Source: Phoronis australis (taxonomy: Eukaryota; Animalia; Phoronida). Taken from it: a stretch of DNA of 64,000 bases. The notes below the pieces were generated by a model. That model was not told where the DNA came from. It worked only from the letters and a program-made list of their open reading frames with translations, and searched no databases. Below are positions 23,591-37,200 of the stretch, in pieces. The translations under genes were made by a program, and so were the position numbers. The stretch spans positions 510,102-574,101 of the forward strand of contig NMRA01000079.1 of assembly GCA_002633005.1 (NCBI GenBank), given 5' to 3'. The stretch's first letter is position 1, and each line of letters opens with the position of its first letter.

Positions 23591-26500
23591 GTTTTGAACT
23601 TGTTTACGCCGTTTTATTCAGTGAATATTGATTTAATTATATGATGGCTTTTGAATTATAAAATCTCCTGGTTTGGAACGTTTTTAAATTTGAAATGTGA
23701 GAGGTTGTCTGAGAAATACTCTCCAAATATGGGATTTGGGTCGCGACGGTTGATTTTGAATATACCACAATCGTAGTGTTCTTCTCCAACAGGAGCGGTC
23801 TCCAGGAGGAACATAAATATTGTATTGATGATCCTACATTGGCTTTTTTGACAAAATGGCTCTTAAGTGTAGTGCAGTTTGGATGAAAAATAGTACTTTA
23901 TTTGGTCTGTCTGTGTTAAAGCCTCCGATCCGTAACCAAAACACAGACATCAAATGTACTTGTATAACTAAAGTAAGAAAGGAGATTCGATACCTAAAAA
24001 TGAACACGAAAAGGGACTACTTTCTTCAGTGACGTGGCATAACCAAGCAAGATAAATCACAATTAGATAAGTGAAAAAGCGCTTCAGTCTACAACTAGGA
24101 ATAATAATGCGAAATTGAAATTTTTGTAGAGTTATTTAATTTTCAAATTGGTTTTAACATTTACAGGCTAGGACCTGGCGTCTACTTATTTTTGTCATTT
24201 TCAATCGTATTTTTGAGCGAACACAGGATGTGTGTCTATTATTTTATCCTCGAGTACGCAATGGCTTACGGGGCTAACTGTCTAATCCTAATTTGCACTG
24301 GATGACCCAGCGTTAACGTTAAAAGTTCGAGTTTGAACTCGAAATCTCGATTTTTTCTCGAAGGGGTTGCTCCAATCTGGGGGGTCATCAAGTTCGAACT
24401 AGGACTAGAAAATCGTATGCTTAAACCATACTGTGCTCGAGCACATGTTAATAGAAACCTATCTTGAGTAGTTGCAAAAAGTAGAACGATTTGCCAAAAA
24501 TATTTTCGACTTACATTTCGAGCACAAAGGTTAGACCTCAATCCCTGGTTGTTTATATACCCGACCCTATTTCTCCTTGGGTGCAAGTCAAAATCCCATT
24601 GCTCTTATATGACAACACACAGAGTAATCGATGTTTTGATAGGGGCGTGTATACTTGAAGATCTGAGATGCCCAACCGGTCACTTGGTTTCCCCCACTGG
24701 CATTATCTCCCCTGTCATTTTCGCTCAACATTCACCCACGGGAGCCATCACTGCAGATGTAGAGACATATTTATGTAAAGATTTCAAAAATTGTTCCCAA
24801 ACGTAGACTGTTCTGAAACTTTATCTGAAGTTTAAATTATTAAAAATGACCCCGCTAGTGTAGTCCTAGCCTTCTCTCAAAATATTGGACCACAATGAAT
24901 TTTTTTCACTCAAAAGTAACCTTTCTAGCGGCATTTCCTCTTTGTATTCATTGCCGAAATAAGTACATCTGGGAAACATAAGGCGCGCCCCGTAAACCAA
25001 GTGTCTGGCCTAAATACCAAGATCACACAAGACCACGCAAGTGAAAGGCGAGTGATTCACGCTGAGTATCGCGAGAATGCTCGAGACCCTGTATGCTTTA
25101 AAGACCCTCTAACGTGGTTGTTTTCGGTAACATCAAAGTGTGTACTCTGGTAAACAAGTTACAGTAACTCAATACTGTTGTAGCGTAACCCAGACAAACG
25201 GCGGTGATTGGTCGGTGAGGTTGGAAAGTTGCATCATGGGAGAATTCTTTATGACCTGATGGCCTTCGATTCTACGAGAACAGATTTTCGCCACTAGAGC
25301 GTGACTAATGACCTTTATACGAGGGTCTAATTCGACTCCGCAGTTAACTAAACGGACCAGTAGATAATTTTTTAGTTGCGTGCATCTCGACCCCAATAAT
25401 TATTTTGGACTGTGTTTAATTCTCGTTTTTCGTCATGGTTTCAGACGTTCCGTGATGGCTTACAACAGGATCCAGTATATGAATGGATCATTAAGAAATT
25501 AGACGAAACAGATGTCTCCGGTGAGAAGTGGTGTTATGCATAAGTGGCAAAAAAAAACGAAAAAAGACAGCAAATTACTGCAGTAATATCGCTTATATTC
25601 TTCAAGTGGGACTGTTCAATTTGATAGAAAGATTGAAAAGTTTGCCATTTGGTCTTTGATTTGAGACAAAAACAAGTCAGGTTTTCTTATGAAAACATCA
25701 CGAATTTGCGTTACGTAATGATAAGAATTCTCATGTATTCGAATATGTGGACATTATACATTACTTTTGAATGATCACCCGTCTATGATACACTTGCAAG
25801 TTGTTTGGGTCAGGTTCTGTCACATTTACCTAATTAGAGTCAAACTCAGCAACGGATGTCAAAATCACGATTCTAGTGTTGGTACAGCATAGGCAGATTT
25901 TTTTTGGGGGGGGGGGGGTGNCATCGGAATGCTGACTGTCCCTCCTTACGGTACCCTAGATCCGCCAGCGTTGTACAGTAATGCATGGCCAGTTTTACAT
26001 TTAGTAATGTATGGCTGTCGTGAATATTACATGTATCAACATTAGTGTGACATTTGGACCTTGTAAGTCGACCATTCAAACTTTCGTGTGATTTCTTTTT
26101 AGGGATTGAACACCAAGGGAAACCTCAGCAAAGTTCTTCAGGCGAGACAAGTGATAACCTGTCTCGCATCACGAAGTCACTCACAGATCAAAACTGCGAC
26201 ATTATGAAGAACAACAAAACGATGCTGGAATGTTTGAGTTCGCCCACAGCCCCTGTTCACATCGTTAAAAACGCTGAGCCTAAAAGCACGCCAAAATATA
26301 GAATTAAAATAACTCTTGTCGGACGTTCATTTTCTGGCAAAACACGTCTTTTAGATTACCTGAAAAACAATCGCTTCAACGAATCATTGGATGACACCAC
26401 CACCTGCGGAGTCTCTTTTCAGTTGAAGGTGATGCCGACTAATTTGGGGGATGCAAGACTTGAATTGTGGGATACAGCTGGTCAAGAAACATTTATGGAG

Positions 26501-26881
26501 GTGTCGAAATCCATAGCCAGGCACTCTCGCTGTGTTGTCATTGTCATAGACGTTACTAAAAAAGACAGTTTGGATGTTGCATTAACCTGGTATAATATCT
26601 GCAAAGAATTGGGCATACACTATTGCGTTTTCATGTGTAATAAAATTGACTTGACAGAACGTGTGGAGCTAGACAGGGAAACCATAGAGAATGCCATTGG
26701 TGATAACCCGTGCTTCTGGGTCTCTGCAAAGACCGGTGAGAACGTGAATTACGCATTTTCTATGACTGGACTTGGTGCAGTCGTCCGTTCTAGCGCGGAG
26801 GTTGAATCTACGCTGGTTCAAAGTCGGATGAACTTAAACTTGCCTGAAAGAGAAAGAAGACGGTTCTGCATCATTTTATGA
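23384..26881 (+). CDS. CARD-Rab-like small GTPase fusion with CaaX box, paralog 1 (~353 aa)
   Basis: Exons 23384-23590, 25445-25520, 26103-26881 with GT-AG sites and compatible phases (0,1). CARD signature (LxxNRxDIVEN..., RIRAEKT..DKA..LL.MLPKKGPNAY..F...L). G1 GRSFSGKT, G3 WDTAGQE, G4 NKID, G5 SAK; C-terminus RRRFCIIL. Confidence 0.88.
25445..25520 (+). CDS. Paralog 1 exon 2, CARD C-terminal helices
   Basis: tcag|ACG TTC ... TCC G|gtgaga; TFRDGLQQDPVYEWIIKKLDETDVS; homologous exon at 35649-35724. Confidence 0.85.
26103..26881 (+). CDS. Paralog 1 exon 3, linker + Rab-like GTPase + CaaX
   Basis: tttag|GG ATT GAA; complete G1-G5 motifs; CIIL-stop. Confidence 0.92.
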
Positions 26882-28441
26882 GGTCTGACGCATCCGTGGC
26901 GTATGAGGTGATACATTAACACTTCATCTTGGTGCTTAGTTGAGAGCAAAACTATATTGAATCTTGTGTTCTGCTACACTCAATGGTTACCTGAAGTTTA
27001 TTTTGGTACTCATTTCTCGTTACAATTTTATCGCGAGCCCCTTCGAACACTGCACCTAGAGTACCTATACAGAAAGCATCAATCTGGCTGTGATAATATC
27101 TTGGCTTGTGTAGACAACAACAGAACGTTATAGCTTAAGTTTAAGACGCTATACCAGAGATCAGTTGATTTCCCTTTCCGTCTATTCCCAAGGTAGCAGC
27201 GTACCACTGCACCATTGGCTGTTTCCTTTTAGATTAAAAGCGACACGTTGGTCATGAACTTGTTTGTAACCTGTCTAGCTGATAATCAGGTTGGTACTGC
27301 ATTTGCAGGCCAAGTAGAAATCGCAAATACCCATACCTGGGCTGCGAGCGAGTCAGAGACCCGCAAAGAACCTGCCTTGTGTTTGGTAGCTTGGTCTTGT
27401 ATATGGAAATATGTAAACACAGTCTCAAATAGGACTGGTGCCCGTTCTCTGGTCGCAAACATTCGTAAAAACTCAAGATCACGAAAATCCTGCACTCTGA
27501 ACTATTCACGAGAGAAGTAGATAAATTTTCAAATTTGTCTAGAAAAGCACAAAAAGGGCTCATGTATTGCATCAAGATGCTTAGCCAAAACAACAGAAAT
27601 CTGAAGAGGGAAAAAGTTGTCGGACTAATTATTCTATTTTCATTGTCCACCCTACTTGTTGATCAACGTGGATGTAAACGTATTTGCAATGTATTAAATA
27701 AGAATTGTCTGAAGCCTGCTGCTCAGAAGATGTTAAAGATGTAGGATACGTTTTGATCCTTGTATGTGGAGATAGTTTTATATAATACCTCGTTTAAGTG
27801 TAAACGATACAAAAATATGCCATTTTCCATACAAAGTGTTGCATAGGACCCTTCCTACAAACGCTTAGCTATTTGAAATAAATTGTGTTAATTCTGATTC
27901 TTGAACTTTCTGTAAGAACGAATGTGAGACAATTGAACACTGTATTTTGTAGACTGTTGCGTCACGCGCTCTTTTTTGGTGCGACATTGAGAGACTGTTA
28001 TCAGCAGAGGTTGACTCCAAACTTCATTTGGGAAAAGGGCAATACTTTTTGGAACTCTGTTCAAAAAAATAAAACACAGTACTCAACTGGTTTCTATTGC
28101 ACACGAAATACTACATATACATTTCAAAAACTAAAATGAATGCCTTAACCTTAAATGTTTTTATTAATTATTTGAAAACAAGTTTTACCGATGAGAAGTA
28201 TATTATAAAGCAAAAAATCCAGATGAACTATAGGAATTCTATAAACCGTGGGAGTCTATCTTTGCTGGCTACGTTATCCATTCACTGATACGTGCATATA
28301 TTGTACAGTAGTAAAGTTAAGTTGAGTGGGGCCTGCACTGGGTGACTAACGTGTTTATGTGTACCATGTAAAGTTAAGTACCTCAACACTATTATTTACA
28401 TCTTTGTAATGTTATATTTGACTGGAATTGCTGCAACATTA

Positions 28442-30111
28442 TTATGCGCCCACATATTATATGTGGGTGCATATTGCTGTCATCTCTGTTTGGGCATCCG
28501 GCGTCCGCGACTGTATCTCCTAAACCCCTTGCAGGATCTTATTGAAATTTGGCAGGTGTGGGGTTGACGACAGAGGGCGACGAGTTTCGGACCGACCCGA
28601 ATACCCCTGTGCCCCCTAGTGACAATTTTAGTTTTTTCGTTTTCCTCTGTATCTTGAAAGGTCCTCAACCGATTTTCATGAAATTTGGCACATAGGCATC
28701 TATTAATGAGGTGACGCTATCCTTTCGTTTTCGGATGGATTTGAGGTATTTTGCACCATCTAGTGGCCATTTTTGTTGTTTACGAGTCTGTTGTTTTGGC
28801 GTCCATCCCTCCATCAATCAAACCGCTCAAAGAATGATTACGAAAATTGTCATGTATGTTCTTACTATGAAGTGGACGGCTGACGATGGTTTTCCGACGA
28901 CTTCAACTACTTTGGCGCCTCCTAGTGGCAATTTTGTTTTTTTGCTCCTATGGCGGTATCTCCTAAACAGGATCTTTACTAAATTTATTAAGTGTATTTA
29001 TATGATGTTAGTAACGCAGGACGACGACTTTTGTACAGATCTGACTATTGGTGTGCCACCTAGTGGCGATTTTATTTTTTTACGTTTACCTCTGTATCTT
29101 CAAGAGTCCTCAACGTATTTTCATAGAATTTGGCATACAGGCATCTGCTAATGAGATGACGCTATCTCTCCATTTTCAGACAGATTTGACCTAGTTTGCG
29201 CCACCTAGTGGCCATTTTTACTGTTTTCGAGTCTGTTTTTCGGCGTCCATTCGTCTATCAACCAAACCGCTTTCATGATAATTGTGAAAATTGGCATGTA
29301 TGTTTTAACTATGAAGTGGACGGCTGACGATCATATTCCGGCGACTTCGCGGACTACTGTGGCGCCGCCTTCTGGTATTTTTTTGCGCTCATGGTTGTAT
29401 TTTCTTAACAGTTTGCAGGATCTTTACTTAATTTAGCAGGGGTATTTATATGATGTTCACAACGGACAACGACGACTTTCAGAAGGATCTGACCACTGGT
29501 GTGCCCCCAAGTGGCAATTTTAGGTTTTTACGTTTACATTTGTATCTTCAAAGGTCCTCAACAGATTTTCATAAAATTTTGAATATGAGGCATCTATTGA
29601 AGAGATTACGCTTTGCTCCTGTTTTGGGATGGAATCGAGATATTTTGCGCCACATAGTGGCCATTTTTGGTCTTTTCAAACCCTGGTTTTGGCGTCCACC
29701 TCTCTGTCAACCAATTTTTTTTCTGGTTTTGAAAATTAAAATGTTCTCAGTGTGAAGAGGTGAAGAGTTTGATGATGGCGACTGACCACTGTGACGCCTC
29801 CTAGTAGTAGTTTTGTGTTGTTTCGCGCCCATAGCTGTATTAAGATAACAACAGACCACGACGACTTTCAGGCGGATCCAACGGATTCTGTGCCCATTAG
29901 TGGCAAATTCATTTTATTCTGTTTTCCATTGTCTCTCTGAAGTTCCTTGACAGATTTTTATGAATTATGGCATGTTCCCATTTTTTGGATGGATTGTACG
30001 TTTTTACGCCATCTAGTGGCCATTTTTATGATACAAATAAGTAACCCTCGAAAAGCACACCATCTGCAATGCATTCGTGGGCGTATTTCAACGCTTCGCG
30101 TTGCTCTTGTT
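28442..30111 (+). mobile_element. Helentron-associated (HINE/DINE-1-like) non-autonomous element with internal ~440-bp tandem units
   Basis: 5' ttatgcgcccaca...tgtgggtgcata fold-back; catccg/cgtccg microsatellite; units marked by gtgcc..ctagtggcaattt at ~28609, 29052, 29501, 29890; 3' gtgggcgtat + stem-loop caacgc-ttc-gcgttg + ctcttgtt. Confidence 0.7.
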
Positions 30112-31484
30112 TGAATAATAAATAGTAAATACTTAAAAAAAGAAATCTGAAGAGCCTTATACCGTTATCTGTAAATTACGTGAAGACAATATTCCCGATA
30201 GTTTACTGTTTCGAAAACTGAAACCATTAGGAACTTAAGAAACCGCTTCAAGCTTATTGGGGTTGAACATTCGAATGACGCATGCAATCCCTACCAATTA
30301 TCTACCACGGCGACGCTGAATGAATTCATTAACGCATCGATTCAAAACTGTTGTCAAGAAATAAAATCCCATCGCAGCAGTTTCTGTCCTTGATATTTCA
30401 ATTTATTTCAGCCTGTAATTTATTGCTTATGCGACAATTGGTACCACAGGAGCACAGATCAAATTTTACAGGCGGACAGCGTCACCTGTTGATGTAGAGA
30501 GGCATTCCTCAATTACAACCACCGAACGGCTCAGTTTCCCAATGAGTTTGGGATTTGAATATAGCAATTGCCAACTGTAATTAGGAATAAAACGATTTTT
30601 TCAGGAACATAGCAACAACAAAAATACCTGTTGCCTAGCCTATTTTCAGTGAATCTACGCAATATATGGATGAGAACTCAGGCTCGGGTGACACATCCGG
30701 CATTCTTCCTCTTCGAATATTGTTTTAGTAAATCATTCCCTGCGATGGCGTCCCCGGTCACACAAACATTTTCTCGGCAAGTCGGTCGTGAGAATTAGTG
30801 AGTAGTGTGGAATGCAGTCGCTTCGAGGCGCTGCTATAGTGACAGTGACCTACTTCTGGAAAGGTGACCGTCTAGGCAGGGCGTCTAGCTTTTCGGTTTT
30901 GTGTAAATGTGGTAAAAAGGTAAAAAACACTGTTAAATCATGGTACTTAGGCCATCATTGTTTGCATTGTTCCCATGTGTATCAGTTTTGAGTCTTTTCT
31001 AGAATTTCGTGCTTTTGATTCAAGCAGTTAATCGTATTTTTCGATTCAAGTCGCATTTCCGCAAAACACGTCATGCCGACGCACACTGCGCAAAATCGAA
31101 TTGCCTTGATGCGACCCTTATCGGACTCAGTAGCGCAGGTCGACGAATTTCCCAATGACTCATAATCATATGATAAATATATGTTTTTGCAGTGAGTGGT
31201 CAGTGGTGATCGAGGAACAGCTAAGCTCTAGTGCTTGCGTGTACTGCAGTGGCTTGACTTCACTTTGGGCCAGTAAAACTGTCAAGGCTAGTCAAAAGAG
31301 TGAAAAGGTGAAAGCAACCGCCTGTAATTCGTTAAACATTTCTTATTCTTAACGACTTGGCGTCATTACCTACACATAATGTAGGCCCTACCTAAGTATA
31401 GCCAGTAGAATCGCTACCGAGTTTGCGTTTGGAAATTGCCCTCATCATAGCTGTTGGCAGTCTGTTACGCTGGTGGGACACGGG

Positions 31485-33209
31485 TAGGGTGAGCAAACCA
31501 ATATGGCGGAAATTCAGCAAGAGCGAAATTTTGCCATTTTTCATGATTTTCACAAGCTCGTATTTATTAACATACTAAGTGGTGGAAAATGAAAAGTATG
31601 CTAGTCAAATATATAATTTTTCTTCTTTCTATTGATATCCATTAGAAAAAATTTGGGCATTATTGAGTATTTTTAAAAATTGAAATAAAGCGAGCACTTT
31701 ACAAATTTTTCACTCACCGGTAAATTCTTGTGACTTTCAGTAGGGGTCAAACATTCAGCTGTTATATGGCTGTTACAGAACCGATTTTAATGATATGTAT
31801 ATCAAACTGTTTGCTACAGAATTCTGCTTCCAACCATGAGTGTACTCTTTTTGTTTTTTTGACAAAAATATGAGATAATGTACTTTTTTAATTTACTGAC
31901 TCGCCACTCTCTCACCTGGAAAAATCCTGAAAGTGTACACTCAATGTCATAATCACCAATCATGTCCTAATCCATTCCTGATCAAATGTTTTCACTTTGT
32001 CTCACCATTTCCATTTAGGAACACTTCTAAAAAGGTAACTTCAGTCATTTTTCAAGAACAATGTTAACCTTTCCAGGGTTCAAACTAAACTCGAACCTGA
32101 TTGGTCAAATGTGTTCAACAGAACCAGTCAAAACTTCTCTAAATTACAAAAAGTGGCCCAAACCTGGTGAAATATTTTCATTAAAATAATAAAGAATACT
32201 TTTAAAATTTAATTTACTTCAATTTTGGGGATAGAGTCATTTTTTTCTATTGTCTTCAAAAATATTTTTGTTACACTTTTACTACCTCGTGGTGACGCTG
32301 TGATCAGTTTCATTTTTAGAAAATTAAACATTTCACCAAAATAACAGTCAACGCTGCAGTGCATCAAAACATTTTAGAATACAAATATGCTCTTTTTGGA
32401 TAGTTACCAACACAACACCTCTCAGTTTCTGTATTATTTGATAGGAATGAAATTGATTTAAAATTCATTGAAATTTTAGGGTCCAATTTAATTTTGTTTA
32501 ACTAAAATTGCATACCATTTTCTGTCATTTGGTGTGCAACTTAAGATTGTGAAAACATTGATCTTACTTGGGAAAAAAATTAATTTACATAACCTCACAA
32601 GTTTTTAAATAAATAATGAAATACTCTGAAAAAGACTAGTTTTCTGGTTTTTGCTCATTTTGAATTCATTTGTAATGCAAATTTCATTTTTTAGAATTAT
32701 TTCAAAATCTTTTGGAGCAAAAGAAACATGTTCACTAAACCATAGTAATTCTTGAAGTGTTTTGTCATTTTCAAGGTAATAAGCTGCTCTCTTTTTAAAA
32801 CATCATTTGTTCAACGTAGCTTCAGGGGCAAAAATGTCCTGTCACATGTCGATGGTGAATTTTTCAATTTTTGTTGTTCTTGTTCGTGCAAATTATAATA
32901 ATTTGTGGTTTGGTGTCTATGTCATGTTGTTAACCTACTTGCAAAGGACTCTCCACCGTGTTATAGGAACACTGTGAGGTATGGATTCCCAAATTTAGTT
33001 GTCTAAACTTGCCATTTTCTGTGGCCTGAAATTTCTGGGTGGTGTTTGCTGAAAAAAGGGCCATTTTTTAGGCTGTAAAATTCAAATAACTCGAGATCCG
33101 CCGAACCAATTTGAAAAATTCAAAAAGTTGTATAAACGGCATGTCTAAAGCTATCATTTAACTTTTCAAGTGTTTCTGATGAAATTTGTATTTGGGTCTG
33201 CTCACCCTA
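31485..33209. mobile_element. AT-rich non-autonomous TIR element (hAT-like TAGGG ends)
   Basis: tagggtgagcaaacc ... ggtctgctcacccta inverted termini; no ORF; TSD not resolved. Confidence 0.6.
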
Positions 33210-34060
33210 ACACTGACCTAGGCAACACGTAGCCCCTCGGTTGGCCGGTTAGGGTCTACAATACTTCCCATCGCTTTCTGTAGGAATTTCATCCTGTGTA
33301 TTTTAAACGGGCGGTAGGCGAAATCCACTCACCAATTGGGAGTTTTCATCTCGTCAAAAATACATTCTACACTTAAAACTATGACTTAAAAAGCGCTTAC
33401 TTTCTTCAGTGGTCTTTTCTACTTCTACATATATCTACGACAATTAAGGTAACGTTGGCGAAGCATTTCAACTCCTCTTTTTGGTCACCACGCGCCTAAT
33501 AACCACAAAATATTTCAACTGAGTCATGTGAGTTAGGCAAAGGCTAGCGCGAGACTGAGCAAAGTGCGTGACACTTGCAAAATAGCATGGGAAGGTATCA
33601 GGTGAAATTTGTAAGATTTGTGACCCTTGGACTTTTTATTCGTCAACATGCGTGATTTCACGTAAGTTCCTCAAAATGGCACCCGGAAAGAGAAACTCGA
33701 GGAAAACGCGACAAATTTTCTTGGATATGTTCAAGTCATGCTGACTAAATTTTATCCAAAGTCATGGTATGTGTTAATTATAACTCCATGTTCCTATATG
33801 TATGGTTCATTTGGTTTTATTTGTTGTATTTTGAAATGCGTAACTCTTTATGGGGATCTACTATTGTCCCAGTATGCCTGCGGCATTCAGGGCGATTTAA
33901 TTGCCTAGTGGGACCCTAGTTCTAGGCTTAGGAAGTACACCACTGTGGTGGTGCTCAAGCAGCCAGCCGACTAGTGGCTACTTGTTGCCTGCCAGCATCA
34001 CTAATAATGGCTGAGTGACCCATTTGATCTTTAACTTACAACCAACAGGTAAAACAAGGG

Positions 34061-34267
34061 ATGAATGAAGGTGACAAGATTCGACTGCGGGTGAACCGCC
34101 GTGATATTGTGGAAAACGTACAAACTGAAGAGATATGTCATCGCTTGATAGCTGAGGGTATACTTAATGAAGATGACGATGAGAGGATTAGAGCGGAGAA
34201 AACATCGAGAGACAAAGCAGCTACGCTGTTGAATATGTTGCCGAAGAAGGGACCAAATGCTTATAAG
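34061..34267 (+). CDS. Paralog 2 exon 1, CARD N-terminal part
   Basis: 3 nt differences from 23384-23590; AAG|gttttt donor. Confidence 0.88.
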
Positions 34268-37200
34268 GTTTTTTTATTTCCCGTTTACAGTCAGTGACTT
34301 TTGATTTAATCATTTGAAGAAAAATGAGTTGGATTCGAACTTTTATGAATTTGAATTTCTAACAGTAATCATGGGTCTGAGAAAGGCAACAGATCTGAGA
34401 TAACGTTGAGACACGAGAGATTCAAAATATTACTCCAGCAACATGTCGAACCATGTAGAACTTTCTGGCAGCAAATGTATGAAGAGTTGTTTGGCCAAAC
34501 TGTGAATCCTAGTGTTACAAATTTGTCCAGAATGTGACACTATTTCACAGCACAACCTTATTTACGCTGCAGACTATGCCTTGGGGCAAAAATGTCACAC
34601 AGCACATTTTTAGCATGTTTTTATCTGTTACGCTGTTTTAGTAATTTGTTAAGATATGATTAAATAGCAATTACTTTGAACACACTCAACATCTCAGACA
34701 ACAGAAATATTTCTTACTTCGAGTGACTAATTGTTGTTCGTCACTTTCAGACTCTTAGTGAAAGTCATCATCATTAATCAGGGCTTGGAATTTTCCGCGG
34801 AAACGCGGATTTCCGCTTTTTTGAAATGTGCTTTCCGCTTTTTTTATAATATTTCCGCGTAAAAAAAATCGGATTTGATATGAAATTTCCGCGGCAAATT
34901 CCTTTCTTACCGCGGCGTTGCAGACGACGTTCACCTCGGAAAGCGGAAGTCTTTATGTTTCGGAGGAACGTAAATTGTCAACATTGCCGGGGCATCTGGG
35001 TAAAGCGTGGTGTGATTTTCAATGGCGGCTCGTGTTATTGTTAAGCACGGCGACAAATACTACCGCTCTGCAGCCAAATTTGTGTGGGTTGGGAGTGGAC
35101 GGGCGAGCGAAAAGGACGCAGACGCATGCTATGGTGGTAACGTTTTGTTTTTTTTTTCTAGTCCTCCCGATTTTTGTCGCGGAAAGGTTCACATTGACCA
35201 TTTCAAAGGCTGGTTATCGGGCATGATTTGGGCCGTAAAAGTTTCCGCGTTTTTTGTCATTGGTCATTCCAAGCCCTGATTAATTGCGCCATTTTCAGTC
35301 AAGGCCATTTGCTGGTCTCAATTGTTCCATTGTTGGAAATGGTGGCTTTAGCTTTAATATTATTGGGCAACTTCTTAACTTAACAGTATAACTTGACCAA
35401 CCGTGCAACATCTGTCTCACGCCCTTTTGTAATGTTCGGATGTTCCCTTCAGTTGAATTTAAGAGTTCTGTCGTATGGCAACACCAAGTACTCGGCCCTG
35501 CTTCTAGACATGGGTGTATTATTTTGTTTGTTTGAGATTCATTGTTAGTAACATATACACATGGCTATTGGCCCAATCTCTTTCATGAAACAGACCCTAG
35601 GTCAGTATTTCAACTTCTGTTTGAGTTTCATTTTCTCGCTGCTTTCAGGCATTCTATGATAGTTTATGCCAGGATCCTGTGTATGAATGGATCATTAAGA
35701 AATTGGATGAGACAGATGTATCAGGTGAGCAATATAAAAAGCAGCACTCGACGCTTGCATTTAATGCCAAGTTGCATTTGGCAACTTGACAGAAATACCA
35801 GGTCGCCAAAACTGATAATCCCTGGTCGCCAAATGAAATCTGAGCTTGTCGAATCCAGCCTAGAAATTGTCGACAATAAAAATGTTGTACCCTTCTCCAT
35901 TAACCAATTTGTACACTTACTTCTCCAAATTTTCCGCCTAAATGTACAGTTCATTTTCCAACTCATTTTCTCTTCCCAATGAATGGATATAGAATGTAGA
36001 TGATCACCCACAATGGTGGCACGGGTTTCACCGATCTTGAATTATGGTTTTTGCTGAACAATTCAGACTTCTGTCTGTTCACTTCCTGTGGATATTTAAA
36101 CGCATATTTGATGTGTGCTAGCTGCTGGAGTGGCAAATGCACTGGTTTTATGAAATAAACGGAACAATTGTGTACCAAAGGTAATAAATCTAGACAAAGT
36201 ATTAGTAATTTAGAGTTTGGAAGTCAACTCAAACTTTGAAACAAATTTGTGGGGAATTATTGTCTGACTTGAGATTTTTCTCAGGTTGCCAAACATAATC
36301 TGACGTCACATTGGGGATCTGCAGACTACCATATAGAGAGAGAGTGGTGTAATAATGTACAGTTAATGCTAAAATTTTATTTAAGAGATTTGTTCCGTGG
36401 TAGGCGCCACAGCCAAATACTTTTAAGTCTCTTTGAAAATTACTGTCAGACAATTTCTCCAAGTAGGAAAAGTGAATTTTTCACCATTTGAACTGAAACG
36501 AGCAAAAATGTCCTAAGAATGCATTTCTATGTAGTTCTGATTGATCAAAGTCTTCATTCATTCAGAATTGTGGAGATAATCTCTTAGGCTTTGAAAAGAA
36601 TTATCTCTTGTCTTTGAAACTGGTAAACCAAATAACTTTTGCTGTAAACATTTTTAAATATTATTCTGCATTTTCGAAATGATAGATAATCTTCCTTCCG
36701 TTTTATGGACCCTTATATACATGATAGGTGGGTTCATATTGACGCCATTTATTTCTGGGCGTCCAGTGGCCACTGTGGTATCGCCTAGACTATCCTTGAA
36801 GGTTTTTGATGCCATTTGGGAGATGCAATTGTTACGAAACTGATTACAGATGGCCAATTGGACTACCATTGTGCCTCCTAGTTTTATTTTTTGTCTTGGA
36901 TTTCCATGAATTTTGTCAAATAGGTGTCTGTTAATGAGGTAACATTGCCTGGCAATTTTTTTTTGTATGCATAGCCGGAATCTCGTGCAGAATGATTATG
37001 AGATTTGGCAAGCGTTTACATTATTAAACAAAATATTGGAACTCAAAATGTACCTGAGACAGCTGTCTCTTCAGTGTGGTTACCGTATGTTAGATTACCC
37101 TTTAATGATGTGCTCTGTTACCATGGTAGGATCCCTTATCAGGTTGTCGGATTTGGAACAGTTTCTGACTGCAGGAATTACTTTCCACAAAGTAATACAT

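Noticed and set aside
26103-26881. Calling the GTPase a ROCO/ROC domain or a named Rab
   Set aside because: No COR domain follows, G3/G4 are Rab-type with a CaaX end, and the RabF motifs are too divergent to assign a gene symbol by eye.
28711-29755. ORFs of 146 and 101 aa with repeated PPSG motifs
   Set aside because: Translations of the ccNcctagtggc motif in the HINE-like tandem units; frame is not conserved between units.
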